Assembly: GCA_001687465.1 (NCBI GenBank)
Contig: LVLI01000040.1
Coordinates: 1-64,000, forward strand
Reading direction: 5' to 3'
Length of the DNA: 64,000 nt
Origin: Halocafeteria seosinensis
Taxonomy: Eukaryota
Below, piece by piece: positions 47,849 to 60,430 of this stretch. The stretch's first letter is position 1. Each line of letters starts with the position of its first letter. The position numbers were made by a program, and so were the translations under genes. The notes under the pieces are model-generated. The model did not search any database and had not been told where the DNA came from. It saw nothing but the letters and a program-made list of their open reading frames with translations.

Positions 47849-49225
47849 TCAGAAGCAACCAGGCTGAGGAGAACATTCGCTGCAGTTGCTCGATGCCACA
47901 TTCTTACAGATATAGTCTTTCTGCACGACAAACTTCCCAGCGTTAGTGACTCGCTTGAAATCGAAATTCTGGCACGGGTTGGTCTCATTGCATAAGAGAA
48001 CACCCGGAAGAGTCCACCCATGCGTGAACGTAGCATCCTCGATAAAAATGTTGCTCACTGTTACCCGAGGCTGTGTAGGACACTCCGGTATTATCGGGTA
48101 TAGGAAACTGCAGCCTGTACCCGTCTTGCCAGGCTGATGCTGCTGCTGGGGACCAATCCAAATGGGATACCAGAAACTGTTACTGGCCGATATATTTGTA
48201 TAGTGAATGTTGTCAATGATTCCATCCCCTTTGTCTCCAGGATTTGTCTTGATATATATGGCCTTAATGGGCGATTCGAAAGTAATGTTTTCGAAGAAAA
48301 CATCGCGAACGCAACTCGTAGATGGATGAGGAGGAACAGAGCCAATTGTCATCCCAACGCCATATCTAACAAAAGAGTTTCTTACTGTCACATTCCTCGT
48401 ACAATTGAATGTAGGATCTTCACTAGTTAAAGGCTTTACGGCAACGGCATCGTCGAAGTTCTCAATATGCACGTTCTCAATTAAGACGTCAACACCCCTC
48501 GGGTCAATTCCATCCGTGTTTAGAGGAAATATCGGGAGTCCTCCCAATTCGTTCTCCTGCTCCATCCAATAGCCATGCTCAATCATCATTTCCTTCTGCT
48601 TGAATATGTCAACACGTATAGTGATGTCATGTATATGTAACCGCCTCATGTGATAGAGTTTGAAGTGCCACTTGGGAGAATCGATTGCAGTAATTCCGTG
48701 GATCTCGACGTCCGTGCAATGATCCATGGTGATCATGAAGGGCCGACTCACATGTTCTACGAGGAACTTTGCCCACCACCAATTATATCCTTGACCATCT
48801 AGAAGCCCCGTACCCCGGATCTCGATGAGCGAGGAATCCAGAACTGCAAGGAGCGAAAAGTAGTAGGGTCTTTGGGACTTATAAGGCCACCACGAGATAT
48901 TCGGAGCCATGGTGAGATTTCCGTCGACTTCCAGCGTGACATTGTACAAAGATCGAACAGTGGCATTGAACACCAAATAGCCCTTGGATTCTGGAACCTG
49001 CACCGTGCGGTCGGTGGAACTGTCGTTAGCCCAGTACAGCGCTTTCCGTAAAGCTTCACTGTTTGTTTCGGCCGCCTCGGGGGTGAATTCGCCTGCTTTG
49101 GCTCCAAATTCGTCGATGGAAATCGCATCCGCAGGAGGGACCTGGAGAACACAGCCGAGGAAAGCCAGACAAACTGCAGCGAGGGATGCGCTCTTCAACG
49201 TGGAATCGTCTCTATGCCGACGCAT
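47849..49225 (-). CDS. Secreted glycoside hydrolase family 28 (polygalacturonase-like)
   Basis: Signal peptide; GTGLLDGQGYNWW, SPKWH, NTDGID, FDDAVAVK, GVGMTIGS and IYIKT motifs; intronless. Confidence 0.9.
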   Translation of the reverse strand: MRRHRDDSTLKSASLAAVCLAFLGCVLQVPPADAISIDEFGAKAGEFTPEAAETNSEALRKALYWANDSSTDRTVQVPESKGYLVFNATVRSLYNVTLEVDGNLTMAPNISWWPYKSQRPYYFSLLAVLDSSLIEIRGTGLLDGQGYNWWWAKFLVEHVSRPFMITMDHCTDVEIHGITAIDSPKWHFKLYHMRRLHIHDITIRVDIFKQKEMMIEHGYWMEQENELGGLPIFPLNTDGIDPRGVDVLIENVHIENFDDAVAVKPLTSEDPTFNCTRNVTVRNSFVRYGVGMTIGSVPPHPSTSCVRDVFFENITFESPIKAIYIKTNPGDKGDGIIDNIHYTNISASNSFWYPIWIGPQQQHQPGKTGTGCSFLYPIIPECPTQPRVTVSNIFIEDATFTHGWTLPGVLLCNETNPCQNFDFKRVTNAGKFVVQKDYICKNVASSNCSECSPQPGCF

Positions 49226-49567
49226 GTTCGTCAAATTTCTTCGACACAACAAAGTGGGGACAGAATGAATTCTGTAGACGATGGTGGAAGTCGACAATGT
49301 TTTATCTGTGTAACAATCCCGGCATTCTCTCACTACCATATGGGAAAGGCCTGAGCTGCTACGCTGGAAGTGAATCCATCGGAATCAGCGAGTTAACATC
49401 GCCAAACTCAGGATGGTGCTATAAGGTGGAAACTGACCTATAAACAAATAGTAAGTAAACCATGTATTAATGTTAAAGACAAATAGTCTATTTTGACGCT
49501 TAACGACGACGAGGTTTTTTGAGGCACGTATACTCAACTAGAGTATAATCCTTAAGGCTCAATTTAT

Positions 49568-51679
49568 TTATTGGCTATCACCTCGTAGTGTTTTGGCGTT
49601 TTGGTAGAAGCCTCCAGGACCAGTGTTTTTGCCGGTGCGGCCATCGACTTCATCAAGAGCGCTGAGCATTTCTTTTACATTGGGAGTACCCAAACCGGTG
49701 GTGGCATCCCAGCCAGGAGCAGCATAAAAACCAGTACTGCAGCACTCTCCTTCAGTGCACTTGTTGTTGCCACTAGTGACATCGTTGAAGGCTGATGGGT
49801 GATTGTTAGCCATCTTGTATAAGAGCGGGTTAGCAAAGCCAATTGGACTGCCGCCATTCTCAAGGCGGTGAGCGTTGAGAAGACCAATCACACCAGCGAA
49901 GACGGGGCAAGAAGCAGAGGTACCATCCACCTGAGACTCCTGTCCGTTCAGCTCAATGTAGTAAGCATGCCCGATAGCGGCGACGTCAGGGTAGCCACGT
50001 CCGTTCGAGTTGAAGTCGCTGCTAGATGGGACGGCACTAGAGTTCTGAAGATATTTCTGCACAGCGTCCTTCTGGTAGTCAGGCATGGAGGCATACTCGG
50101 AGAATCCACCACCGCTCGTGATCAATGCAGCACCGCCCTTGGACGTGCAAGTGGTTTCTTCACCACCCACAGCACAGGTCTTGTCACTGCAGATTGGGCT
50201 GGAGCCGCCAGTCCTCACGTTGCGGAACATTGTTGCTCCGACCGCGGTCACATAGGGGGAGGAGGCAGGGAAGCTAGGAGTGCATTTGTCAGAGTTGCAC
50301 ATAGAATCAGAGCGTCCGTGAGCTCCAGCATCACCGGATGCCGCGAGGAGGGTTACTCCACTAGACCCTAGTTTCTGGAAGTTCGTGTTGACCTTCTTAA
50401 CGAAATCCTCACTGCCGCCGTCACTGAAGCCGCAAGGCTTGGAGCCTGGGGCAATTTTGCATTGCTGGTTTTCAGCCCATCCATAGGACATGGAAATCAC
50501 GTCCGGAAGGTTGTCCTTGGAGCGCTTCAAGGCTTCATTTGAGAACTGGTACATCCATTTCTTTTCGGTCCAGTACCAGTTGGAGTTATCCTGTCCAACT
50601 GCGCCCAAATATTGGACATCAAGGGTAGACTCAGCACCAGGGTTGCTAGGCTTGAAAGGTCCAATTTTCTTCTTAAGGCTGAAAGAATCAATACCAGTTT
50701 TGGAGATGAAAGTCTTAAGATCGTCGGAAGAGACTGCCGGGTATCCTTGGAATTCGGCAGCGGCCTGAGTGCTCTTCGAGTTTCCTTTCTTGTTGATGTT
50801 GTATGTTTTTTGCAGAGTTTCCGGTACAGTGGTGTAGCTTTGGGTATCTACTTGAGGGCGTACACGACCGAAACGTCCATCTGGGACTTCAGTAAGGCCA
50901 TCCACGAATTCGACCTTGTCTTCCAATGCCTTCGGGAATTGGTATTCTCCGTGCACGCGATGGATTTTGTCCCCCGAGAGTTTGTGCTCGAATTCGTATA
51001 CTTCCGTGGCAAACATGTCTTCGATCTCTTCGGCAGTAGCTCGGCACTCGAGATGAGACCAGAAAGCTTTGCAGCGAGCTCCCTTGCTTTCGAAGTGGTT
51101 CCAAACATCCTTCAAGACATGGGAAGGAGTTGCAGTTAACTTGTTGAGTTCTTCTGGTTCTTTGAATTTCCCGTAATAAGGACTGCAAAAAGCACCAAAG
51201 AAAAGAGCAAGTGAATACCCATTGAGAACACGCTTTTTCTTCCGCGGAAGCACTTCTCGCTTCCACCTTGAGATCGCGCGCAACCACAGAACACCCTTCC
51301 TTCACACCTTCCCGCAAAATTACAAAAAAACTGGGGACCCCTCAACAGGGGGGCAACCATGGGGCACCTAGAACACAGAGAAAAACAAACAACAGCGACG
51401 AACAAATGCGAGCCATCTTAGGAACTTGTTCTGATGGAATGCGGCCAGCTTCGAAAACGGCCTTTTCGATGTTTCTCGTCATTCTTTGAGCACTTACCTG
51501 TCGGGATCATTTACTGCATAGAAAATGGCATCTAATTGATCCAAATTGCTCTCGGGCAGAGCCACATCGAAGTCCAAAACTGTATCACGGGGGCTTCTCT
51601 CGTGCCGAACCCAGTCATTCTGGGAAGCAGCAGCTACGGAAGCGATGCCTAAAAGAGTGACGAAACTAAGGAAGCGCAT
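49568..51679 (-). CDS. Sedolisin/tripeptidyl-peptidase I-like serine-carboxyl protease (S53), paralog A (2 exons)
   Basis: Signal peptide and prodomain (VNDPDSPYYGKF). Catalytic ESTLDVQY, ASGDAG, GRGYPDV, DGTSAS and Ca-site GWDATTGLGTP. Exons 51679-51498 and 51182-49568. Confidence 0.93.
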
Positions 51680-54094
51680 TTTTATTAAGCTTCGTTTATC
51701 TGTTGACGCGAAAATATACCTTTTGCTTGTTATAATTATTCACTGTATCGGATTGAATAACCACAACTGGTACTATCAATCCTCGGCCAAGTATTCTTCT
51801 GCTGGTTTCTCCGGAGGGAAAACCACAGCCAAAGGAAAGTTTTCCTGCCACCATTCCAGGATTCCTGGCACTGCAGCCGGCATCCCAAGATATCCAGCTG
51901 CTCTGGCTCTTTCCGAGAGCCCGCGAGAGCTCATACAGGCACATGTAGCTCTCCACCATTCCTGTTCGTGCCTGCTCGCCAGCCTTCGAACTTCGATGCT
52001 ACAATTGGTGGAGAACACGTACTTCAGTTGGATACTTCCAAACTCCGGATGCACATACCAAGAGGAAATCCGCAGTTTGAGCGAGTGCAAAAAGCCCGCT
52101 ACGATATTGGAAACGCGTGTTCATGCAAGCGATGAGTGGGAGGAAGAAGCCAGCTTGCGATGCGATTGGAGAGTTGCAACTTGCGAGCGTGAGGCACTTC
52201 CCTTGAAGTAGCACCCATTGAGTAGTACATCAATGAGTACTCAAAACTTTCAAAAGCATGCTTTAAGCGTCGAAGGTTCTCATGCCGTTTCGGGATCGTC
52301 ATGAGAGAGAAAACCATAGCGTGCTTGAGGCATTCTGCGCTTGCTTGGCGAAAATAACGCGCCCGGTGTACTGAAGTTCCAGCTCCGCTGTTCCTGTTGA
52401 CAGAGCTTGACACATAATGTCACACATTGCCCTGGAATCGGGCACATGTCCGCGCACATAGCCCCTTGAATGGATGCTCGCCGTCTTGGTTGAGCTTACG
52501 TTGCTCGGATAGTTCGACTGGCTCCAACACGGGACCAATAGCAAACGCGTGTGACTGCGGAATGAGTCATAGCCCAGTCTTAAGGACATACTCTGCAAGC
52601 TCTTCCCACTGCTTTGATAGCGATTATCACGTATGCAAGGGCTGAGCAAGTTGCGATGTCCTTCAAAATCTCCGTCTTTCTGAGCGCATGAATCGGACAC
52701 TGGGCGGCGGTTCCGAATTTGCACCAGTACCCACACGGGGGCACAGTAATTTAGAATGGAGGAATCGGACAGGAAGTTAAAGGATTACTCTGTGATGCCT
52801 GTGTTTCTGCAGTTGGTATGCTTGCGTAGGCTCTTCTGTTGGGAGTGCTCACGGAAGAAACTCCAAAACTCAGGTGAGTCGAAGCTCTTGGTCCTACACT
52901 CTGCTCCTAGGAGCGCTGATGTGTACATGGGGTGCCTATTGATTAAATGCTAAGCCCCCAGTGAAGCCTCCACATACTCCATTATGTAGTTCTAGTGCAC
53001 ATAGTGGCCCATGGTGTGACATACATATGTACACGTGAACTCCTCCAACTTGGCAAGTTCACAGCCTGAATCACAGGGCACGAATGAGTTGCACAGGGAG
53101 ACGCTCAGTGTTGCGCGCCCTTACGGTAGAGTTGGAACGAAAGCATAGCTGCATCGACATATAAATAATGGTAGTCAACATCATGACTCTGTTTATGTTG
53201 AAGCGAATACCGATAGTTAATAGTGGAATAGGGTGGACTCGAAGTCTGCGTCGGGTTTCACGATTCAATACACCCTATGCAGATTGTTAATTGCCAGACA
53301 AATAACCAATTTGGGAAGCTAATTCATGCAAAATTAGCTCATGTAAATACCGATGCGTTCCATCTGCGACTGGTTTCCTCAATAAGGTGTGGACGGATGC
53401 CGGCTATGTGGCATCAATTTGAACAAGGGAGGATTTCTCAACAGCACTCCACGCATGGCTGATTCTATGATATTTGTAAAGGGCATGTGGAACGTCAAGG
53501 TTTGGAACTAATGTAGTATGCACTGGCCACTTCCACACCTTGCTTGCAACACTCAGCGGAAGTGGAAGTGTGGCCGCAACACCAGCAGTTCCGGAGAATC
53601 AGGAAATATCGCTGTTTTATCTTCATCACAGTAAAAGGTAGCATGCATTAGTATGGAAAGCATATTTTACAGTCAACGTGAATGGTACTATGTTTCCGAT
53701 GTGCTAAGCCAGCTTTTTGATAATCAGACAAGTCGCAAAAGGCGGTCGCAACAACTTAACGGCACAAGGAATGGATACTGTACTCCTCGCTACATGAATC
53801 GCTAATTCCAGTAGTTGATGCGCGTATGGGAAGCAGTATTCCTGAGGGTGTTAGGCATTAATTGAGGGGATAATTTCACGAAGAAAAAGTCGTATTTCTT
53901 CAGCCGTCGGCAGAAAAAGGGCCGATTTGGCGCGTTCATGCTAAGCTACTCATTGCCCTACTGTGATTGACGCTTGCATTCCACGGCATTGAGGCTTAAA
54001 CCACTAAATCACTTGATTCCAAGTGAACACCGTCTCTCTGGAAGAGAGGAAACACTTTTTTCTGGGTGACTGACCTCCGGAGGGAACCTGCAAA

Positions 54095-56621
54095 ATGGGG
54101 TCCGAGCAGGAAAGACCTACCAGTTCCTCCCATGCCGGGGCAACACAGCAGCCAAAGAGGCCTGAAAGACCCAAGCCTGTGGCTAAATCCCAGTCGTCGG
54201 CAACGACCTCCGGGAGGCGGCGGTATGATCCTTTGCAGCAACAAAAACCTGCAGGTCCCGCTCAACCGACACATTTCGAGGAGGAAGATGAAGGAGGAAA
54301 ATCCAAGGAGAACGCGTACCCGGAGGAAGATGTCATGATGGATGAAGAAATGAACCACGGGGATGACAACAAAGACACGGAGCAACGCGGAGAACGCCAG
54401 AGAACAGATGTCCCGCGGCTCAACCTGACTCAAGGTGGTGGAAGCCAAGCGAGGTCTTCCTCAGCACGAGAGAGCCGAACAGGATGGAGGGAGTGGAAGC
54501 GCCCTTCAACACAGCATTCCATGACCGAGAGAACGGTCACCACTGGTCATCCCGTCGAGCAAAGAGGTCAACAGGATACTATTGAACAACTCCAAAATCA
54601 GAACGAGAACTTCAACCGCAAGATTGAGATGGAAAAGAGGCGAGCAGACGAACTTGACCGTAAAATGAAGGTAAGTGTTTGTACCTTAACTCCCTTCCAT
54701 TGAAAGCCATGCGCTGAATTGCCGGTGCAGATCTCTAAAGGGAAGTTGGACGATGTCCGCAAATCGCTGCAAGGAAGAGATACTCGAGAGGAGTCGCGCC
54801 GGCTAGAGAAAAATATCAAGATGGCCGAAAATCGCCTAGATCTTGCCAGGAAGAGGCTAAATGATCGGGAAGCAAAAAATGAAAGCATCAAAAAGGATAT
54901 CGAGAGCCTTCGACGGGATAAGATTCAACGCGAAAATATCGTCAACAAGACAGTAAGCCTGTTGTCCACCTTCAGAGCTGTTAATTTTTTTTGCTTATTG
55001 CAATAATTCTTGTGTTTTCAGAAAAGTGAAGTGGAACGGAAGAAGGAGGAGATAGAAAAGCTACAGGGTGAGTTACGGGAGCACAGTGACGTGCGAGATC
55101 GATGTGAAAAAGAAATCCAGGTATGTCTATTTCATAAGCTCCGGAGTAGATCGTACGATATAGTGTGTACATATTGGTTGTGCAGTACTTAGAAGCGACA
55201 ATTGAGCAAGAAGCGAAAGAGTTTGAGCAGAAATTCCAACAAGCGCTTGAGGAGAACGCTATGGAACAATCTCAACTTGGTTTCGAGCCTGTTCAGGAAG
55301 AAAGCATTGGCGAAGAAGACCTGTTTAAGCAGCTTGCTTCTGGGGATACGGGTACCGGTGCACAGCAGATGACCCTCGCTCAAGAGGCTACCCTTCGTCA
55401 TAAATCGGCGAAGCACTCATGGGAAAATGCCAAGCGCGAAACAGATAGAGCAGCATTGAGCAAGCAGCTGGACTCGTTCGAGAATGCTTTTGCCAACATT
55501 CAAGAACAGACGGGAATATCGAGCATCGACGAAATGGTAGACGCCTTTCAAAGCTCCGAGGAAAATAACTATTCTCAGATAAATATGATTAACGAACTGA
55601 ACAAGGAGATCAAAGAGCTGGAAGTAGAGAATTCTCGTCTGCGTTCTGCTGTTGGCGAGGCTGAAAACCACGGAGCAGTTACAGAGGAGTCCAGGCAAGA
55701 GGTGTACGAAGAAGCAGAAAGTAAGCTACAGACTCTGGAAAAAGTTACCCGGGAGCATGACAATCAAAATGAGAAGGCACTTCGACAGTTGGAGGCAGCC
55801 CGTCCAGGCATCCACTCCATCTTCCAGAAGGTAAGGAACCTGCGAAGGCTGGTTTTGAACCTGTTGTATCACGTTTCTTTGGATGTGATTTGTTGCAGCT
55901 GGCTTCGTCGTCTGATGATAGTCTCACCGAAAGTCTTGCTGCCACCGGCGTCAGCGACGGAAACATTATGCAGTTCCTTGGAATAATCGAACAGCGAGTT
56001 TCCGAACTGACTCACTTTTATGAGCTTACGCGTGGTGGTAAACCGCTCGCGGAAGTTCTTGATCAAATCAATGCCACCGAAACCAACGAGGAGACCGACT
56101 CACCACCCTCATCTCAGCGAATCGGCGGTACCTCCATTGCTCGAAAGCATCAACCGACGCTGAAGCCACCCCGAGCACCCTCTATCCAGGACGTTAATGA
56201 CACCGAAGAAAGCTCTGCTGCAAACGCATACAGAAATAGATTGCAACAGCAAAAGTCAGAGGCCTCCCATCTCTCGCGCGCTCGAGAATCGGCCCAGACG
56301 ATATTTGCCTCTTCTGCTGGTTTGACAAATAATCCGGAAGGATTGAATAGTTCTTTGCAGCTCCTTCTCGATCCCTCTGAGTCGAATCGAAAGAAAACTG
56401 CAGCCGAAAAGGCATCGAGCCTGGACCCGGTTGTGTCTCGGAAAGGACGCGGTCTTCGCAGCACGGAACAAGCGGCGAGGGAGGATGTTGTTCGCATTCT
56501 TAGGGGAGAAAGCAATCCTAAACACGAAGAGGCGCCTCATGGCGAGGATAAAATGGCATCCGCAACTTCTATTCGACCCGTCTCTGTCGCGGAACTACGT
56601 GGCTCTATGCATGTTCAATAA
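54095..56621 (+). CDS. Outer dynein arm docking complex subunit (ODA-DC2/CCDC114/ODAD1-like), 5 exons
   Basis: Exons 54095-54670, 54731-54952, 55022-55120, 55186-55830 and 55899-56621, all phase 0. IKMAENRLD, IESLRRDK, FENAFANIQEQTGISSIDEMVDAF..EENNYS..INELNKEI and GVSDGNIMQFLGIIEQRVSEL are typical family motifs. Confidence 0.85.
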
Positions 56622-56769
56622 TCGATCAATAATTTACTTTTCCGTATGGGTTAGACAATCATATTTATGCATCTACTGCGTCCTTATTTACAACGAAGCA
56701 ACTCGTTTATCTTGCTATTCCTTCTCCGTTGCCAAATGTGTTGTCGCAGTATAGAACAAATGAATCATC

Positions 56770-58920
56770 TTAAAAGTTTCCACGGAGAGTCTTTCCCAAG
56801 TTGAGGACTTTCTGGGAAGGAGCCTTCAGTCCATCAATTGCTTGAAGAGCGGAAAGAAGGTTGGCTACGTTAGGTGTTCCGAGACCAGTGGTTGCATCCC
56901 AACCTGCAAATACAAAAATGCAAAACTTTTTAACGAATGAAACGGGCATACAACACTTGTGTAATGCACTTACCTTTGGTAGCAGTAAAACCAGTGCTGC
57001 AGCATTGTCCTTCGGTGCAGTAGTTGTTTCCAGTTGTAATGTCATTGAAGGCATTAGGGTGCTCTCTGGCGATCTTATATAAGAGAGGGTTGGCAAAGCC
57101 GATGGTTGATCTACCGTTCTCTACACGGTAGGCATTTAGCAGACCGATCACTCCAGCGAAGACAGGGCACGATGCGGAAGTACCATCTACTTGAGCTTCC
57201 TGGCCGTTGAGTTCAATGTAATAAGCATGGCCAAGAGCAGCAACATCTGGGTATCCACGGCCTCCGCTGTTGTAGTCGTTAGATGGTGGGACGGCTCCTT
57301 GGGTGTTGATGTAGGTGTTGACCTCGTTAGTCTGGTAGTCGGGGGTAGAAGCGTAGTTCGAGAAACCTCCACCAGATGTGATCAAGGCTGCTCCACCCTT
57401 AGAGGTGCACACAGTTTCGGTACCTCCAGTAGCGCAGGATACTTCGTTACAGATGGGGGAGTTTCCTCCGGTAGTGACGCTGCTGAACATGGTAGCGCCG
57501 ACAGCAGTGAGGTAGGGAGACGACGCGGGGAAAGCGGGGTTGCACTTGGTGGCACTGCACCCAGCATCAGATCGGCCATGGGCTCCAGCATCACCGGAAG
57601 CGGCAACCAAAGTAACACCAGTTGCTCCGAGTTTCTGGAAGTTAGTGTTCACCTGGTTAACAAAGGCTTCACTTCCGCCTCCGTTGGAACAAGGCTCTGA
57701 GGAGGGAGCAATCTGGCATTGTTGAGCTTCGGACCATCCATAGGACATGGAGATGATGTCAGGAAGATCGCTTCTCTGTTTCTGGAGAGCTTGGTTGCTG
57801 AACTCGTACATCCATTGCTGTTCAGTCCAGTACCAGTTGTCGTTTCCTTCACCTACAGCTCCCAAGTACTGTACGTCCAAATCGGATTCAGCTCCAGCGT
57901 ATCCAGGGTTGAAGGGACCAATTTTGGTTCCAATGGTGAAGGAAGTGATACCGGTCTTGGAGATGAATGTTTTCAAGTCAGAGGGTAGGAAAGGAGGGTA
58001 GTTCTGGAACTCAGCGGCCGCCTGGCTGGTCCTGGAGCTTCCGCTTGTTTGGATGTTGTACACGTTGGTCAGCGTTTCGGGCACAACGGTGTATTGTTGT
58101 ACATCAATTTTACGAGATCTTCCGTAACGAGGTACTGGGAGCTGGGTCAATCCAGAGATGAAGTTCACCTTTCCTTGAAGCTCCTCAGGGAATGTGAATT
58201 TTCCGTTGATGCGCAATGCTACAGCTCCGGACAGTTTGTGTTGGAAGTCATGGACTTCGGTGTTGAACATAGCCTCGACTTCTTCTACGGTGGCTCCACA
58301 CTCAAGATGGCTCCAGAAGGCCTTGCATTTGGCTCCGTTCTGTTCGAAGTAGTTCCATACCTCCTTGAGAATGTGGGAAGGGGTGGCCGTCAAGCGGTTA
58401 AGCTCTTCGGGTTCCTTGTATTGTCCGTATTTTGGGCTGCAGTTGCAACACAGTAGAGAGGAATGTTGATTATCAAGTGCAGTGGTTTCGTTTCCCACAA
58501 CAGAGGAACGAGGCGTGATACCCCTAGGGTCCCGTTGTCCCTTTCATCGTCACTTCAACACAACCCCTCATGCTTTTTGTTATTTCTCTTCGAGAGGACG
58601 TGAGGGGAATTCCTAGGAATACCCTTTTTTGTTCCCTAGGATGCCCCCTTCAACAGTGCCCTGCCGAAGTGTAGCCCGCTGTGGGCGCTTTTTTCCTGCT
58701 CACTGCAGTGCATAACAAGAAAAATGTATAAACCAACATACCTATCGGGATCCGTCACCTCCTTGAAGATTTGATCCAACTTATCCAAATTGGACTCGGG
58801 AAGGGACACAGAGAAGGTAAGAATGGAGTTCTTGGGGGATCTTTGTTGAGCTACCCAGTCTGGGTTGGCCGCAGCCATGGAAGCCAAGCCCAATAAAGTT
58901 ACGATGCTAAGCACACGCAT
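56770..58920 (-). CDS. Sedolisin/tripeptidyl-peptidase I-like protease (S53), paralog B (3 exons)
   Basis: Exons 58920-58742, 58436-56974 and 56903-56770. ESDLDVQY, ASGDAG, DGTSAS and GWDATTGLGTP are present. Collinear with paralog A. Confidence 0.93.
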
Positions 58921-59364
58921 GTTGACTTTCTTTTGTCCGTTTATCTTGGTCGATAAAGACTCGAAAACCTTGAAAGAAAAAAAAAAAGAATTTTTCGCCT
59001 TCCGCTCCGGATCCTAATAATCCCGAACCTTTCGCATCAACTGGCCAAACTTCAATTTTGTACCAGTTGTTGGTTGAAGTTGAAGTCAGAGCGGCAGCTT
59101 AACTTCGATAATGAAGTTCGATTGCGCAAAGGCTGCAGGAACAGCGGGCCCGTCGCTGCTTAACACGGGCGCATACCGCTCCTCGTTAAGAGGATGCGGT
59201 CAACTTCCCGGCCGGTGGGCTATCTGTCACATTTGTGTGTGTGTGCGCAAAACTGAACTGTTGAGGTGTGGTTGGGGATTTGGAATATCGAGCTTGGATG
59301 CAAGATGCGGAATGGATGGATGGATGGACGCTCTAGTGCTCCTACTAGTGTCCTCTGTTGAATA

Positions 59365-59925
59365 ATGACTGGCTTAGCATGAGCCGTGGAGGCACATCTG
59401 CTGACGCAGCGAAGGCTTCGCTGCGAAGCTTTTAAGGATTCATTATCGCGCCGTTCATGAAACGGCAGCACGTGATTATGAGAAAGACGGTGCTTGATAG
59501 CTGGTCAGCACCTGTGCATGAAGAGCGTGTCGAGGACTTTCGTGCCAACCCTGAGAATGAACTGCGACTTGTCGCAGAATTGAATGGCGAAATTGCCGGC
59601 TTTGGGGCGCTTGTAGTTGAGAAGAACGAACTGCGGGCTTATTATGTGGATCCGGATTGTTCCCGTCTTGGTGTTGGTCGCACTCTTGTTGTGGAGATTG
59701 AGCGCCAAGCGCTGAATGCTGGCCTGAATCACCTCGAATTCGACTCCTCGTTTACTGTGAAACCCGTCGCACTCTTGTTGTGGAGATAGAGCGCCAAGCG
59801 CTGAATGCTACCTCGAATTCGACTCCTCGTTTACTGTGAAACCCTTTTGCTTTTACAAGGCCCTGATAGATGATCAGCATAAACTGCGAAGCGGTGCTCG
59901 AATCGAGCAGCTCGATGCCATGTGT
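59365..59925 (+). pseudogene. Bacterial-type GNAT acetyltransferase (YafP-like) pseudogene
   Basis: The reconstructed protein reads ADAAKLLRIHYRAVHETAARDYEK-TVLDSWS..LVAELNGEIAGFG..ELRAYYVDPDCSRLGVGRTLV..SSFTVKPF..HKLRSG. It is intronless, with frameshifts, a fold-back insertion and a tandem duplication (59677-59765 / 59766-59844). Confidence 0.8.
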
Positions 59926-60430
59926 ACGGATGTATATGGTGATAGCACCGCAAGGCGACCGATAAAACGTAAGAGCCGAAATGTTAAACTACCTCAATCG
60001 GAATCTGGAATCAGCAACTGAACCAGAGTTCGTGGCGCTTTCCGCTGGTACCTCTTGAGATAACAGCAGTTAGCAGTTTAGTGGTTAACGCAGAGTGTTT
60101 ACCTCACCTTTGGGAGACTCTTCATAGCTGCCAACCTCGACAACGCGAAGCAATAAATTCCTCCGCCTCTAACTGAAACAAATGTTTGGCGCCTATGTCT
60201 CAAACTCCTTTTCCGTCTTTTCCGACCATTTACGCGGCTATACATTCGTTTCTGACTTCTTTGATACCATTTGCATGTTCATACATCTACATGCTTTGTA
60301 GTTGTAGTTGAACCGGAAGAATCACCTTGAAACAATTGATACAGGCTTTTGTTTTTCAAAGGAGGGAAGTCCAGTGCTCTTGAGCATTTTCTACTCTTCT
60401 ATAGCTTTATATTACTGTCCTTTCATCACT

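Noticed and set aside
51700..54090. ORFs of 60-220 aa in the long intergenic region
   Set aside because: No recognisable motifs or coherent exon chain. It is most likely a divergent promoter region. The short inverted repeat near 53525-53575 is too weak to call.
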